Positions 39,113 through 51,732 of a DNA stretch of 64,000 bases are shown here, piece after piece. The position numbers and the translations under genes are program-made. The number at the start of each line of letters is the position of its first letter. The first letter of the stretch is position 1. Origin of the DNA: Phallusia mammillata (taxonomy: Eukaryota); the NCBI GenBank assembly GCA_965637545.1, contig OZ281500.1, forward strand, positions 3,782,001 through 3,846,000, given 5' to 3'. Below the pieces are notes generated by a model. The model was not told where the DNA came from, made no database searches, and was given only the letters and a program-made list of their open reading frames with translations.

Positions 39113-39672
39113 CATAGGCGCCGAGTTTTACAAAAATACAAGGTGACGGACACGAAAAATGACGTCACTTTTTGTGACGTCACTAATGCGTGTAACCACA
39201 AGAACTCAAATTCAAAGCCAAACAAACTTCCCATAGAATGCAACGTTCGTCAAAATCTGAATTTTTTTTTTTTACAAAATTGAAATAATGTTTAGTTTAC
39301 AACTGCGAGTGTGACACGTTGCTATAACGTTTGTCATTGGCTTAGCAATGTTTGAAAATGTTGTCAGGTTTACCCATTTATTACAACACATTTGCATTGT
39401 ATACAACAAAGGTCCAACATTCACTGACAGACAATTGTGTGTTTGACGTCATAAACAAGGCACTAACCAAAACAGGTTGGAGTTTTAAGTCACGTTTTGA
39501 GCTGTATCGCCAGCACGCTTGTTCTAAAGCAAAATTGTTCCCAATTTCCTTAGATTTGACGATATTTCGTACGATAAAGCTACAAACTTACCAAAATCCA
39601 CGTTGGCCGACACCGTGCTTTAAAAACCCAAGGTGGCGGCGCCACCCCGCCACCGCCTACTCGGCGCCTATG
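39113..39672. mobile_element. Non-autonomous hAT element (560 bp) in unit B
   Basis: Perfect 14-bp TIR CATAGGCGCCGAGT; exact TSD ACATGACC at 39105-39112 and 39673-39680; the empty site GGCAATATGACCGTC is in unit A at about 34947. Confidence 0.93.
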
Positions 39673-40196
39673 ACATGACCTTCTTCAATGAGTGTTTTAC
39701 ACCGGTTTCGATTGCGAAATTTTGTTTTTCTTTGGCTTTCCGTTGGCGAAGCTGTCTCACAAAAAATAATCCTTACTAAAACGGTTTGTTTTTAAAATAT
39801 CAAATCAAATTTAGAATGCCTTAACACTTATCGCCTATTGACACTACAATTTTTTTTGATCCATCAAAGGGTATTTAACAACATTACCACAATAGCACCA
39901 GCAAATAAAATGAGAAGATTTTTAAACTTATTTTATCCTACCCTGGCTGCTGTTGTCACTTCACTATTAAACAGTAGTCAAAGCTTTAACGGCTATATAG
40001 TTTGTTAATAGACAATAAAACGTACTAATATATTTTGATCTTAAGTGAAGTCACTGAAGGCTGTTTAACGTCAATACGACAATTCCGCTAGCAAATACAA
40101 GAAGATTTCAAAACTTGTTTAAACCTGTCCTTGAATTTATTCGCAACAGTACAGCATAGCATCTCCTTTATCGCTTCAGACATTTATTGTCTATAG

Positions 40197-40382
40197 CAGG
40201 GGTTCTTAACCAGGGGTGTACGCACCCCCAAGGGGTGCTAGAACTGTTCCTAGGGCGTGCGGGGGTGCTGTATAAAAACTAAATTACAATGGTTTTGTTA
40301 TTTAAGCAATTACAAAAGAGGGTGCTAAAATTGGTTGGTGATTTGAAAGGGGTGCAGCAAGGAAAAAAGTTAAGAACCACTG
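40197..40382. mobile_element. hAT (Buster/Charlie-type) MITE in unit B
   Basis: TIRs CAGGGGTTCTTAAC / GTTAAGAACCACTG; exact TSD GTCTATAG; the site is empty in unit C at about 44330. Confidence 0.92.
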
Positions 40383-41409
40383 GTCTATAGGCTTTAAATG
40401 GAATAATAACAGAGAACACAGCAGGTTGTCTAAATTTTCTTTTCGGTCGGATTGTGAATACAAAACAAGCTTTGGTAAAATAAAAAAAAATTGTTGAGTT
40501 TTTGCTTCACAGGTTCGGTAAAAAATATTTTAGACTTGTCTCAGAAAAACTGTAGTTTAAAAAACCTTCAAGTCTTTTAATAATTGCTACATTGAGTATG
40601 AAAAAATACACCTGACAAACTTTTAAATTTTATTCTCCGCAAACATTTCTGCAGAATACAACACAAACTCTAAAAGGCCACATGGCTCATCTTACTGCAA
40701 CAGTCGCAAAAACGCCAATCAAGAATTAAATGTGTTGGACAGCTAAGACCTCGATATACCAGTTTTTTTAATTTACTTTGTTTTAATTAGACTTAAATCT
40801 GCATTGTTTTCCATAATTTTGCTTTATTTAAAACATAAAACGATTTACTAAATTGCTTGTTACAACTGTGCATGTGCTCTTAAATAGAAATACTATAGTA
40901 TACCCAAAAAATTTAGATGTGACATAGCTGAGCAGAAGTTGACAATGACGTTTTTATTGATTAATTTGTGATGTCACGCTCACGCCACTACTACGTCATT
41001 GTTTCGATACCGGGTTTTGTAAAGCAAAAGTCAACACAAATTGGAAAAGGACAGCATATGACGCCGTAAGCGCCAAAACTACTAAATGTTACGCTAAAAT
41101 GACATCACAGCACAAGGAACTGATGCCTGAGTGAGTTTCTGTTCACTTGAAACTTGTGTAACCGAAATTAGTTAGGGGATCCCGAATTTGGCCTAGGAGT
41201 TGGGAAAAGCGAGATGATTAACTTTTACTAAATAAAGTAAGCTTACCCAACCCTAACCACGATTATAGCGGGATCACCGCCCCTAACTTGGTAAATACCA
41301 GGTCACCCTGCACTGACGGCTTACCGCTAAAACCAAAGTTGAGATGGTCACACCGAACAGGGCCTCAACTAAAACAAGTTTAATAACATATAAAATGGCA
41401 AAAACGTTA

Positions 41410-42090
41410 GCAGTTTGTGACACTGAATCAGTTGTTTTTTTTTCTAAACAATAGCCTTTATTGCATGACAACTAGCAAAACTGCAATTGTTCGCGCACTA
41501 TCGTGATGTTTTCTGTCTTGTCTGTGATGTCACAAGCCGCCTTTGGATCATTGTTATGCGTAATTTCGCATAATAAGCTAAAATTCTGCAAATCTACTTT
41601 CGTTTTTCTAAAATACACCTTCAAGCTTAAGGTCCGCGAGTCCTCGATATAATGGCAAAGGGATCGTTTTGAAAAAATAATGAAAAAGTTTGAAAACCAC
41701 TGTTCCAGACAAACGTAGCGAAAACAAACCGTTGTGATATGCAGACTGACATGTTTTGAAAGTCTTTACTCGCAAAAATTATCGACAGTTTAAAACACGA
41801 AACTCCTGATTGCACTGGAAAAGTTTTCATGACTTCTGCACATTTCCTGCCTAAAATAAAGCAGGTTTTACGTAACCAAACATTGGCGGAAACACGTTTG
41901 CATGTGAACCGCGAATCAGTGGAAAACATTCGATACTGGCGTGGCTAGGGCGTGATCGACGTCTAGCAACATGAGTTTTACAAAAATACAAGGTGACGGA
42001 CACGAAAAATGACGTCACTAATGCGTGTAACCACAAGAACTCAAATTCAAAGCCAAACAAACTTCCCATAGAATGCAACGTTCGTCATAA
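41410..42090 (+). repeat. Direct duplicate of 38545-39260
   Basis: About 700 bp of high-identity match (GTTTGTGACACTGAATC...CCCATAGAATGCAACGTTCGTCA); this explains the near-identical ORF pairs 38871/41627 and 39052/41851. Confidence 0.93.
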
Positions 42091-45000
42091 TCAGAAGAAA
42101 AAAATTGTTTAAAAAAGCGCATGTATAAACAAACAAAAGTTATTTTGCTGCTCTTCTTTTTCCCTTGCCTGAATTTAAACGAATTCTTTTCGTTCCTTTT
42201 AAGAAAGCATTTTTTTTATTATTTATTATAGTTTCCCACGCTCTTGGGCGCATTGGGGAGCAAGATTGTTCCACTTTTTGTCAAGAAAGCATATCTTTCC
42301 ATAATAAAAATACAGATCTTATTTTGTCAATCCAGTGTTTTATAACTAACGAAACATCTTTAACTTCGCATTTGCTCACATTCTACGTGTCACTTTTCAT
42401 TTTTTACACCTATTTACAATATACTATACTACTTTTCGTACATTCGTAACATTAACTTCTCTATGGTGAAAATTCAGCCTCGCTACAACCAATTTTTTAA
42501 ACTATCTGCAATTTATCCTAGACAAACACGATTTCGAATTTTAAATATTTCAGTTGTTTACAAAATGCGGTCCTGTCAGACAGTTGACAATATGCAGAGC
42601 TAAAACATATGTAACCTCCCTCCTTGGCCCACAAAAACATTCGTTCAACACTGGAATTTTATTTACCTCGTAATAAAACACAGAACAACCCACCACCTAC
42701 CAAGTAGAAACTTGAAATCGAAAACTTTCTTTACACTTTCTAAGTATATGACTCACACCATGAGCTGGAGGAAAGTTAAGATTTTTGATTTTCGGAAAGA
42801 ACCAACAAGATGATATATTGTTTCTAAATGTGATATTTTTCTAAATGTGAGTGATACAATACCCGGATTAACTACACGTCAGCACACAAGATGAGCGAAA
42901 CCCGCATTTCAGGTGATGTGTATCCGCAGGCGCAGCTACAGTGCGTAAGCTTATGTCGCTGTCATATCTTGATAAAGCTACTTTCATCTACCGGCAAATC
43001 TTAAGCACATGAAATTTTTGTTTTTCGCTTTTGTTTTGTTTTGGGCATTTGCTTTGAAAATTTGCCTTTGGAAATTATATTTTGCGATTATTTAAATGCT
43101 AAGTTATTAAGCAACAGACAAACAGATGAGGGCACGAGCATTTGACGAAACGTTTGAAATATAAAGCATGTCGCTTTTTACGTCTATTCGGGCCGTTATT
43201 TTTACCATTAAACCTATAAACAGACCCGCATATAGTGTTCCAAACAGATTTAAACTGGTTTTAATTATTAGTGTTTTACTTGACAAGAACAAAAATCATT
43301 CCTCAAGTTTTATTCTCTCTTACTTGAAGTTATACTTAAACTTTTTATGGGTTTGCTATCGCGTAAACCAACGAGAACTATTTTGAACTTAGCACTCCTG
43401 CTACTTGTAGCTGAAATGGATAAACAGATAAACGATAATCTTAAAACGTAGCAATGGCCGGTGAATGTTTTTTAATATGGATACAATCTTTATCTCCATG
43501 AACTTTAGCTGAAACAGTTTTGTTATTTAACGAATCTTCCGCAGACAATAAAATGTATAAAAGAAAGATTCTTGCTTCTGATCAGTAGAATATTGGACTG
43601 TTTCATAAAAACAGATAAAAAGCATAAATCGTTTCTTTTAATAACAGAAATATATATTTCGCCTTAATAAATAGGCACCGTAAGTTTCTGCAAAAGGCAA
43701 ACAAGTAGTAGGCGCGCTGTCGATAAAAAGTTGTGAAACGTAAAAATAAAATAATTTAAACGAAGTGTTTAATATCGGTTTCAAATGAGATATTTTTTCT
43801 TTGGCTTTCCTCAGCAAAACGGTTTCACAAAAAACGATCCTTATTAAAACGGTTTGTTATTAGAACATCAAAGAAAATTTAGACTGACTTAACAATTATA
43901 GCTTGTTGACACCACGATCTTACACAATAGTCACAGTTTGTAAACGCCTAGATTAGTTTGTTGATACGCACTAAAATTTATATATTCTGATCTGATAAGC
44001 GAGGGCCACTGAAGGGTATTTAACTACATGACCGCAATTACACAAGCAAATAAAATGAGAAGGTTTTAAACTTATTTTATCCTATCTTTTGGCTAATGTT
44101 GTCACTTCAGTATTAAACAGTAGTCAATGCTTTAAAACGCCTATTTAGTTTGTTAAACACACAAAAAAACGCAATAATATATTTTGGTCTTATCACTGAA
44201 GCCACGAAAGTCTATAACGTTTACTACCACAACACCGCTAGCAAACGAAATAAAAAGATTTTAAAGCTTGTCCTTGAACTTATTTGCAACAATACAGCAT
44301 AACATCTCTTTTATCGCTTCAGGAATTTATTGCCTAGGCTTTAAAATGAAATAATAACAGAGAACACAACAGGTTGTCCAAATTTTTCTTACGGTCGGAT
44401 TCTGAATATTACAAGACTTTGGTAAAATGAAAATAAGGTTTTTGTTGAATTTGTACTTCACAGGTTCGGTAAATAATATTTTAGACTCCTCTGAGCAAAA
44501 CTGTAGTGTAAAAACTTCACGGACCCCAAAGGACCGCGGACCCCCAAAACGCTGGTTTATTCATTCAAATGGAATGCTTAAAAAGCGCCCAATCACATTC
44601 ACAGCATAGTTCTGAGCACACTGCTAGAGATTAGCTGGAACAGGAACTCTAAAAACCCTAAAGACTTTTAATAGTTGGTACCGTGAGTATAGAATGATAC
44701 CCTGAGAGACGTTCCGATTTATACTCTGCAAACATTTCTGCACAACACAACACGAACTTTAAAAGGCCACTTGGCTCATCTTACTGCAACAGTCGCAAAA
44801 ACGCCTAATTAACAACAGATTAACGTGCAAATGCTAAAAAAGCAAAAAAATCGCCCCGCGTGATTTTAGCAAATGCCATGCGCCTCAAAATATTCTAGGA
44901 GTAACGTTTTTTTAATGCTTTTAGCTTTTTTTAAAGATAAGGCCTCGATCGTGACTTGGCGCGGTTGATACCGTGACACGTCCCTTTGGACTACTATTTG

Positions 45001-46045
45001 ATTGATGAACCAGGCAAAAAACTTCTGGTACAACCTTACACGAATGGTACGAATGGTGTCGATTCACCTTTTCCACTCTGTCGCTATGTGGTTCCACAAT
45101 GCGAGCAGTGTGGGCTCTGCCTAACTGACGTAGCCGAGAATCGATGTGCGTGACCACATCGCGACCACCTAGTGGCTGAAACTCGTGCCAGTTGACGTGA
45201 AATGTATCCCCAAATGCCTCACGGTTTGGCGCCAACGTTGGTGAGGCTGGCTCCAGTAAAAATACTGGGCAGAATCCAGCTCTCAATTTTAGAAATTCGA
45301 ATATCAATTTTAGTCGTGGACTTGTTTGCAAGACATGATTTCTATGTTTGAATCCAAACAAACCACAAACCTGGCAAATTTGTAATAAAATTTAAGTTCA
45401 GCAAAATAGCTAAATATTACCCAAACCAAGTCGTTTATGTGCTGCAAAGGTAACTTTATATGTCCACTGTGTTGTGCCCGTCACAAGTCTGGCTGACATC
45501 TTGTTTACAATCGATAAACCCCACATCAGCAAATACATTTACGATTGGCGTAAAGTTTTTTTAATGGCGTTTACGACACAAAATCGAGAAACTTGTCCAA
45601 TCAGCATTTTGTGCTGTTTGGTTATTGCAAACAAAATTGGCTTGAATAGCTCTTTTATTCCCATTTTGACAGAACAGCTATAGCTGTATATATATCGAAA
45701 CTGTATTTCCCAATGTGTTAAGTGACATCACCCGTTTATTTGTTTTGGTGAATCGAACTCGGTTTCGCAACGATCACACACGTTGCAAGCATGTTAGAGT
45801 GAGGTTTTCATCGATGGTAAATGTACCTTTAAAGGGGTGAACTTGACATGCTTTACGGGTAGATATGAGTATGTAAAACAAGTTTAAAGTTATGCTGCAT
45901 TTGTGTGTTAAAGATACGAAATCTTCAAACGAAAGGTAAACGAAAGAAAAAAGGTTATGATTCTTTGTTGAATGTTATATGTATGGTCAACATTAACGTT
46001 TATAAACTAGTGTAGTCTTTCAATTAGCATTATTGATTTTACAAA

Positions 46046-49000
46046 ATGCGTGAAAAACTGGTATGCAGCACAAGTTCGACGTCACCCATTGTTGATGAGA
46101 TAGTAATAAAAGACGGTAAGTTTTGTGTGGTTGCAAAACATATTTAAAAAAAACTAAACTGGCATAAACTGATCAATTGAAGCTATACCTTTGTCGAACG
46201 TTTGAATGATGGCGCACAAGCAGTTGGCTTCTGGATGCAGACTGTCTGTTGTTTGTATAATGTCTCATATACTTTCCATCATAATATTGCAAATACTATG
46301 CGCGTTTAGTTGTACCAGCTGGTAATTTTATCAGTAAAATAATAAACCAATCTACGCTACTTTAATAGCAATTCTAAACTAAGCAAAGTTATAAACCAAG
46401 TTGGTTTCGTAAACCCAATTTTTAAAGTCTTTAAACTTATAGATATAAGCTCACTTATAATTGTATACCTTGTAATTCTATATGTTATCATGATACGTGC
46501 ATGTATTATTTGTTTAGATGAAGCAAAAGAGACAGAGACCGGTAAAGAAACAAAACCTGATGATTTCTGGAATGCAAATGTTTTCGATGATGGTTAGTTT
46601 TGTTGCACATATCTCCCATCTGTTTTTCAAAGAATATCAAACCAATATACAAATTTGCAATTAGTACATATACTATACGCTTTACACATCGAGAAGTATT
46701 TGCTGTTAGCTCCGAGTTTTACCATAGTTGCATGTTATTGCAGCAAACTATGTTCGGTGGAGTGAAAAAACAAGCAAAGCCAAGCTTCAAACTGTGATGG
46801 TTTCCACTGTGAAAGTATGTGTTGTACTGGGTTGCCTATACCTGTTCATTTGCTCTATTAGCATGCTGGGAGACGCTTTCCAAGTATTGGGTAAGACTGA
46901 TTGGTTTGTGTTTTTGAAATTCAGCATCGTTTAAAGATGTTGTTGTTTTAATAGACAATGAATATGTGCAGCTCTTATTAGTATAATATATCTAGCAAAA
47001 TCAAACCATTACGTTTTCACTGACCAAAAGATATTTAGTGTACGGTTATATATTTGCCCCCAAATAGCCAAATACCTGTTTAGCAGATTTTTTTACTGAT
47101 ATAGAAACAAAACGGTAACACTTGCTTTTTTTTGTAGCCGGAAAGGCAGCTGGAGACTTGTTTTCCAACTCGTCTTTCCTCAAAAACCCCATTACTGGTT
47201 TAATTATCGGAATGCTGGTCACTGCGCTCATCCAAAGTTCTTCCACATCGATTTCTATTGTCGTTACCATGGTAGCCTCCGGAAGTAAGACTTGTTTAAC
47301 TTTATTGACATTGCTATGCTGTTTACATGCACCACCGCCGATGCGTTTAACATTTTTACAAAAAACATTTTAATTTAAAACATGTCAATTTTGAGAGTTT
47401 GTTCATTGTACGTTGGAAGCATGTTCATTGTACATCTCAAACTTCGGTTGTTTGAGAAATACGGTATTTTTGTGGTTTTATAAATGTTTATGACAGTACA
47501 AAACCAACTCGTATAGGTGTGTCATAAAACAAAAGTGTAATGATTAACTACAGCTCACTAGTCTGATCGAGCAATTCACACAGCTGTAAATACAGAATAA
47601 TCCAGGTTCAAACATAAAACTTTTTTTGTAATTTTAACAGCCTGTGTTTGATGCAAATTTCTTGTTCCCATTTCTACAAGCTCTTAAATAAAGGTGGTTT
47701 ACGTGCATTGCAACTTTTACAATGTTTATCCTTTCACCTCACAGTTTTAGAGGTGCAGGATACCGTTTACATTGTGATGGGGGCCAACATTGGAACTTCG
47801 GTCACCAACACTATTGTGTCGCTAACGCAGTCTCTGGATAAGCAGGAATTCAGACGGTGGGCTTCCAAACAACAATTTTAACCTAAAATTTATGCCGAAT
47901 TGTTTTTTTATCAATCAAATACCATTGTAGTAAAAATCGATTTGAATTAACCGTTTTTAAGCATGTTTGAGACCAAAATTCAAAACATGGATTTTATTTT
48001 TAATGTAAGCTTAGCATTTAGTCAAAACAGCTGCGATAAGGTATTGCGAATTTACAGACTTGAACTTTTAATAAAAGGTTCCTTTGCAACAAAATTGTTT
48101 GAAACTACTGATAACATAACTAATCTAGCCTATTTAATTATCCGATTTAAACGATTTTGTGTGTGTTGTCTACTTTCTGTCTAGGGCTTTCGCTGGAGCT
48201 ACCATCCATGATGTCTTCAATCTGTTATCCGTTCTCGTCTTTCTTCCTTTGGAATTTGTGTCAGGTTACCTTCAAGCGCTGACGAAGGCGATCATCGACT
48301 CTTTTCACATTCAAGGGGGTGCGGACGCCCCTGACATGCTGAAGGTTCTGAGTTATATTTTTGCAGAGCAGTACTTGGTTCTCGATTTTTTTTCAATGTT
48401 TCCAAAGTGGCCCGTTCGATGTAGTATGCAAGAACATGATAATCGTAGTGAGAGAGGCCGCTACACTCGTGTAATTTCTTTAATGTTTTCCTGTTCAAAT
48501 CAGGTTATGTTTAGGGTTCACCTTATGAATACAAATTTACTATTTCTAGCAATGGAAATAGGCTATACACGTTAAGATTAACGAAGCAAACCGTTTTCTA
48601 ACTGTTATTAGTTGAGTTTTAGCTGCATACCAGAACATAGAGAATCAGAATTAAAACTATTTGAAAATACCTAAACTGCACATATTTGAAAAGCTATTGT
48701 TTGAAAAAGAAATGATAATAGGCTTAGAGTACAAGTAAGTTGTTTGGAGCAGGTCATCACAAATCCGTTCGTCAAGTCCATTGTGGAAATTAACAAAACA
48801 GTCATCACTCTGGTTGCTCAGGAAGTGCCTCTGGAGAAGAACTCGAGTATGATCAAAGTACGATTAAGTAAACCTGTTCAAAGTTTTCACTTTCCGTGCA
48901 TTTCAGCTTCATTTTCTGCTTCCTTCGTCATGCTAAAAATATTTGAAAATAATTAAGCAGATTCACTTGCATTTCCAAAACTCAATAACAATTAGGACAA

Positions 49001-51312
49001 TAAATTACAGGGCACTTTGGACACAAACATATTTTGTGAGAAGGTTATTGTTCGGTACTTACCTACTTTAAACTAAGCTTGACATTACATTTGGCAGAAG
49101 TAGCTGTGCCGTAATAATGACCTCTAAATGGTCGAGTTTTTCATCTGCACAATTCAAACATGTTTTGGATCAAATAAGTTTCGCAATCACTGTAGCTAAG
49201 AATTGTTATGCTGGAAAATTAGACAGCTCGAGCTGTCAAAAATTACAGTGACCGATTTTACACATCTTAATGATTCTTTCAGGATTCTGTGTTTTTATCA
49301 GATTTGGTGTGAAACTGCATCGGGTTATATCAACGTTACCAAGCTAATAAACGAAACTAATGTGATTAATGGACAAAACATCACAACGGAAGTAAACGTG
49401 ACTGAACTCCAAAAGGTTTCTGTGGGAGTACGAATGTGTAAGTGCACTCCTGTCTTGTGTAAATGTTTGGATTCTGCTAAGTCAACAAAACTCGGAGCTT
49501 CATGCAACATTGCACAGTTTTCACATAACGCAAATAAACATTTGCCGTGTATTAATTGTCAACTGATGTGGATAATATTGACAGGTGTATGATCTATATA
49601 CACGTGCAACAAAATGTATATTCGTTAAATTTTTATTTTTAGTAATAAAAAAGAGCGGCAAATGCTTAATACTTACAATAAATGTTCGAGCTCGTTGTTG
49701 TTGTAGAATCTGTGTTTGAAATATGCGACTTTGGGGATTTATGCCGACTTCTATCCAATAAAAGGTTAAGAACCGCTGCATGCAGTCTGATCAGTCGGTC
49801 ACATTGGTGACGGTTATACAACATAAACATTGTAAAGTAACACAACAGCAAACTTAACAAAGTCACAGAAACTTTGACAACAACACCAAATAAACAGAAA
49901 GTCACATAATTCTGGACAACTGCATAAAAAATGTTTTCTGCTTTGTAGGTGAATCGCCTGAAGATTTTCTCTTTGCAAACACTGGATTATCTGATGTTGT
50001 AGCTGGTGTGATTCTCCTACTTATGGCTTTGATTATTCTCTGCACCTGTCTTATAGTTATGGTGAAAGTTCTTAACTCTATGATGCACGGGAGTGTGTCT
50101 AGAATGGTGAAGAAGCTTATTAATACCAACTTTAGGTACCCATTCGGTTGGGTTACAGGTAGGTGTCAGTTTTAGGCTATTTTAGCCTAAGAAAGTGTAT
50201 ATTCTTTTTCTATTTTTCATTAACAGGTCCGTTCCAAGCGTTACAAAAAGCGTTAAGGAGTACAGCGTCACAAAAACATTTTTTTTGTTTTGGTTTAAAA
50301 TGTATTAGGAATTTAAATCGACGGCTGCTATTGTAGAGTATTAAAAAAATCGATCCAAAGTATTTAGTTAAAGACAAGATTCCAAAGGCAAAACATTAAA
50401 ACGCACCTAACCTACAATCTTTGTTCGGATTCGAAACCAACAACATCATAAAACGTTTTGCAGAAGTCAGCAGTCTTTGTATTTGCTGCCTTTAACATTT
50501 ACGATGTTTATCGATTTACAATGTTGTCTTTTCCAGGATACCTTGCACTTCTCTTCGGTGCTGGAATGACGTTTGTGATTCAAAGCAGCTCTGTATTTAC
50601 TTCAATTCTCACCCCTCTTGTAGGCATTGGTGTCGTGCAATTAAAAAGAATGTACCCGCTCACTCTGGGCGCCAACCTTGGCACAACGACCACTAGTATC
50701 TTAGCAGCACTTGCCAGCGATCCGTCTAGGCTGCAGTATTCTCTTCAAGTTTCTCTTATTCACTTATTTTTTAACCTGTCTGGTATTTTAGTGTGGTATC
50801 CTATTCCGTTTATGAGAATCCCCATCGCAGGCGCCAAGTTTTTAGGCAACACCACTGCTGAATATAGGTGGTTTGCAGTGCTTTACGTGGTATCTGTATT
50901 CTTTGTCTTTCCATTGGTCCTCCTGGCCCTATCCTTAGCAAACGTGTGGGCGTTAATCTCTGTGATAATAGTAGTGGCTGTCATTGCTATTTTTGTGATT
51001 GTGGTAAACATCCTACAGAAACGCAGGCCTTTATGGCTTCCCGCGTCAATGAGAACTTGGGAATTTCTACCCTTGCCCATGCGGTCTTTGCAGCCATACG
51101 ACACTTTTATGAGCAAGTACCTTCTCTGCAAGTGCTGTTGTAAGGGCCAGACCGACGATGACGTCACCAGTATGACGTCATCAGCTGTTAAGAAGCGTGA
51201 TAGTGCGAGTTCATCTGATGTTGAGTGTTGCTCTGATGACGTGTGCGATGATGGACATTTGAATCCGGTCTTTGATATGGACAATAAAGAAACCATTGAT
51301 ACGCACTTGTAA
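46046..51312 (+). CDS. SLC34A: Sodium-dependent phosphate cotransporter, type II (paralog 2), about 10 exons
   Basis: Probable start MREKLVCS at 46046. Exons at about 46046-46115, 46518-46592, 46744-46890, 47139-47284 (IQSSSTSIS), 47746-47857 ([12 protein letters not shown]), 48185-48344 ([12 protein letters not shown]), 48751-48858, 49305-49415, 49949-50158 and 50538-51312 ([16 protein letters not shown]-terminus DTHL). Confidence 0.95.
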
Positions 51313-51603
51313 AATAGCTTCATAATGTCTCATTAGCTACATAAACCTACTTTCTAATGCACTTACTGATGGTTTTTCAGTTTTGTGAAACGCAATTAAC
51401 TGCTTGGCTATCGTGTTTCTGTAGGCCTACCATTTCGCTTTGATCTTACATGTATATTATTCATTTTATGCGAATCAATCGCAGCCCATATCGCAAATAA
51501 AAGAATTGTAACTTGTAAAACTAGAAATCGTCGTTGACATCCGCTAAAAAAATATTAGGTGCAAAAAACGAATAAAATATTTTCGTGTTGGACGAATAGG
51601 CTA

Positions 51604-51732
51604 CCGTATTTACTCGATTGAAAGCGGTCCTCGTTGTCCAAAAAATAATGTAAGCCGCCCCCGATTATAAGCCGCGCAAACGGCAGGTAAAAAAAACAAT
51701 ATAAGCCGTGGCTTACAATCGAGTAAATACGG
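51604..51732. mobile_element. Short Tc1/mariner (pogo/Tc2-like) MITE
   Basis: TA|CCGTATTTACTCGATTG ... CAATCGAGTAAATACGG|TA; same family as 30653-31062. Confidence 0.88.

Larger units (their letters stand above)
33815..44930 (+). repeat. Three-copy tandem non-coding unit (A about 33815-37275, B about 37275-40985, C about 42180-44930)
   Basis: Collinear anchors recur in all three copies: TTCTACGTG (about 33928/37282/42381), GCGCAGCTACAGT (about 34457/37971/42930), TTGGCTTTCC (about 35006/39733/43801), AATAATAACAGAGAAC (about 35524/40402/44350) and AAAGGCCAC (about 36507/40673/44761). Confidence 0.9.

Noticed and set aside
38608-42078. Near-identical ORF pairs at 38871/41627 and 39052/41851 that look like a small gene family
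   Set aside because: They result from the 700-bp duplication of MITE-containing non-coding DNA, have non-ATG starts and differ by frame-breaking indels.
16744-46563. Other CTGATGA hits (16744, 18960, 26851, 46557) as hammerheads
   Set aside because: None has a stem II followed by GAAA and an NUH at the right spacing; two lie in coding exons.
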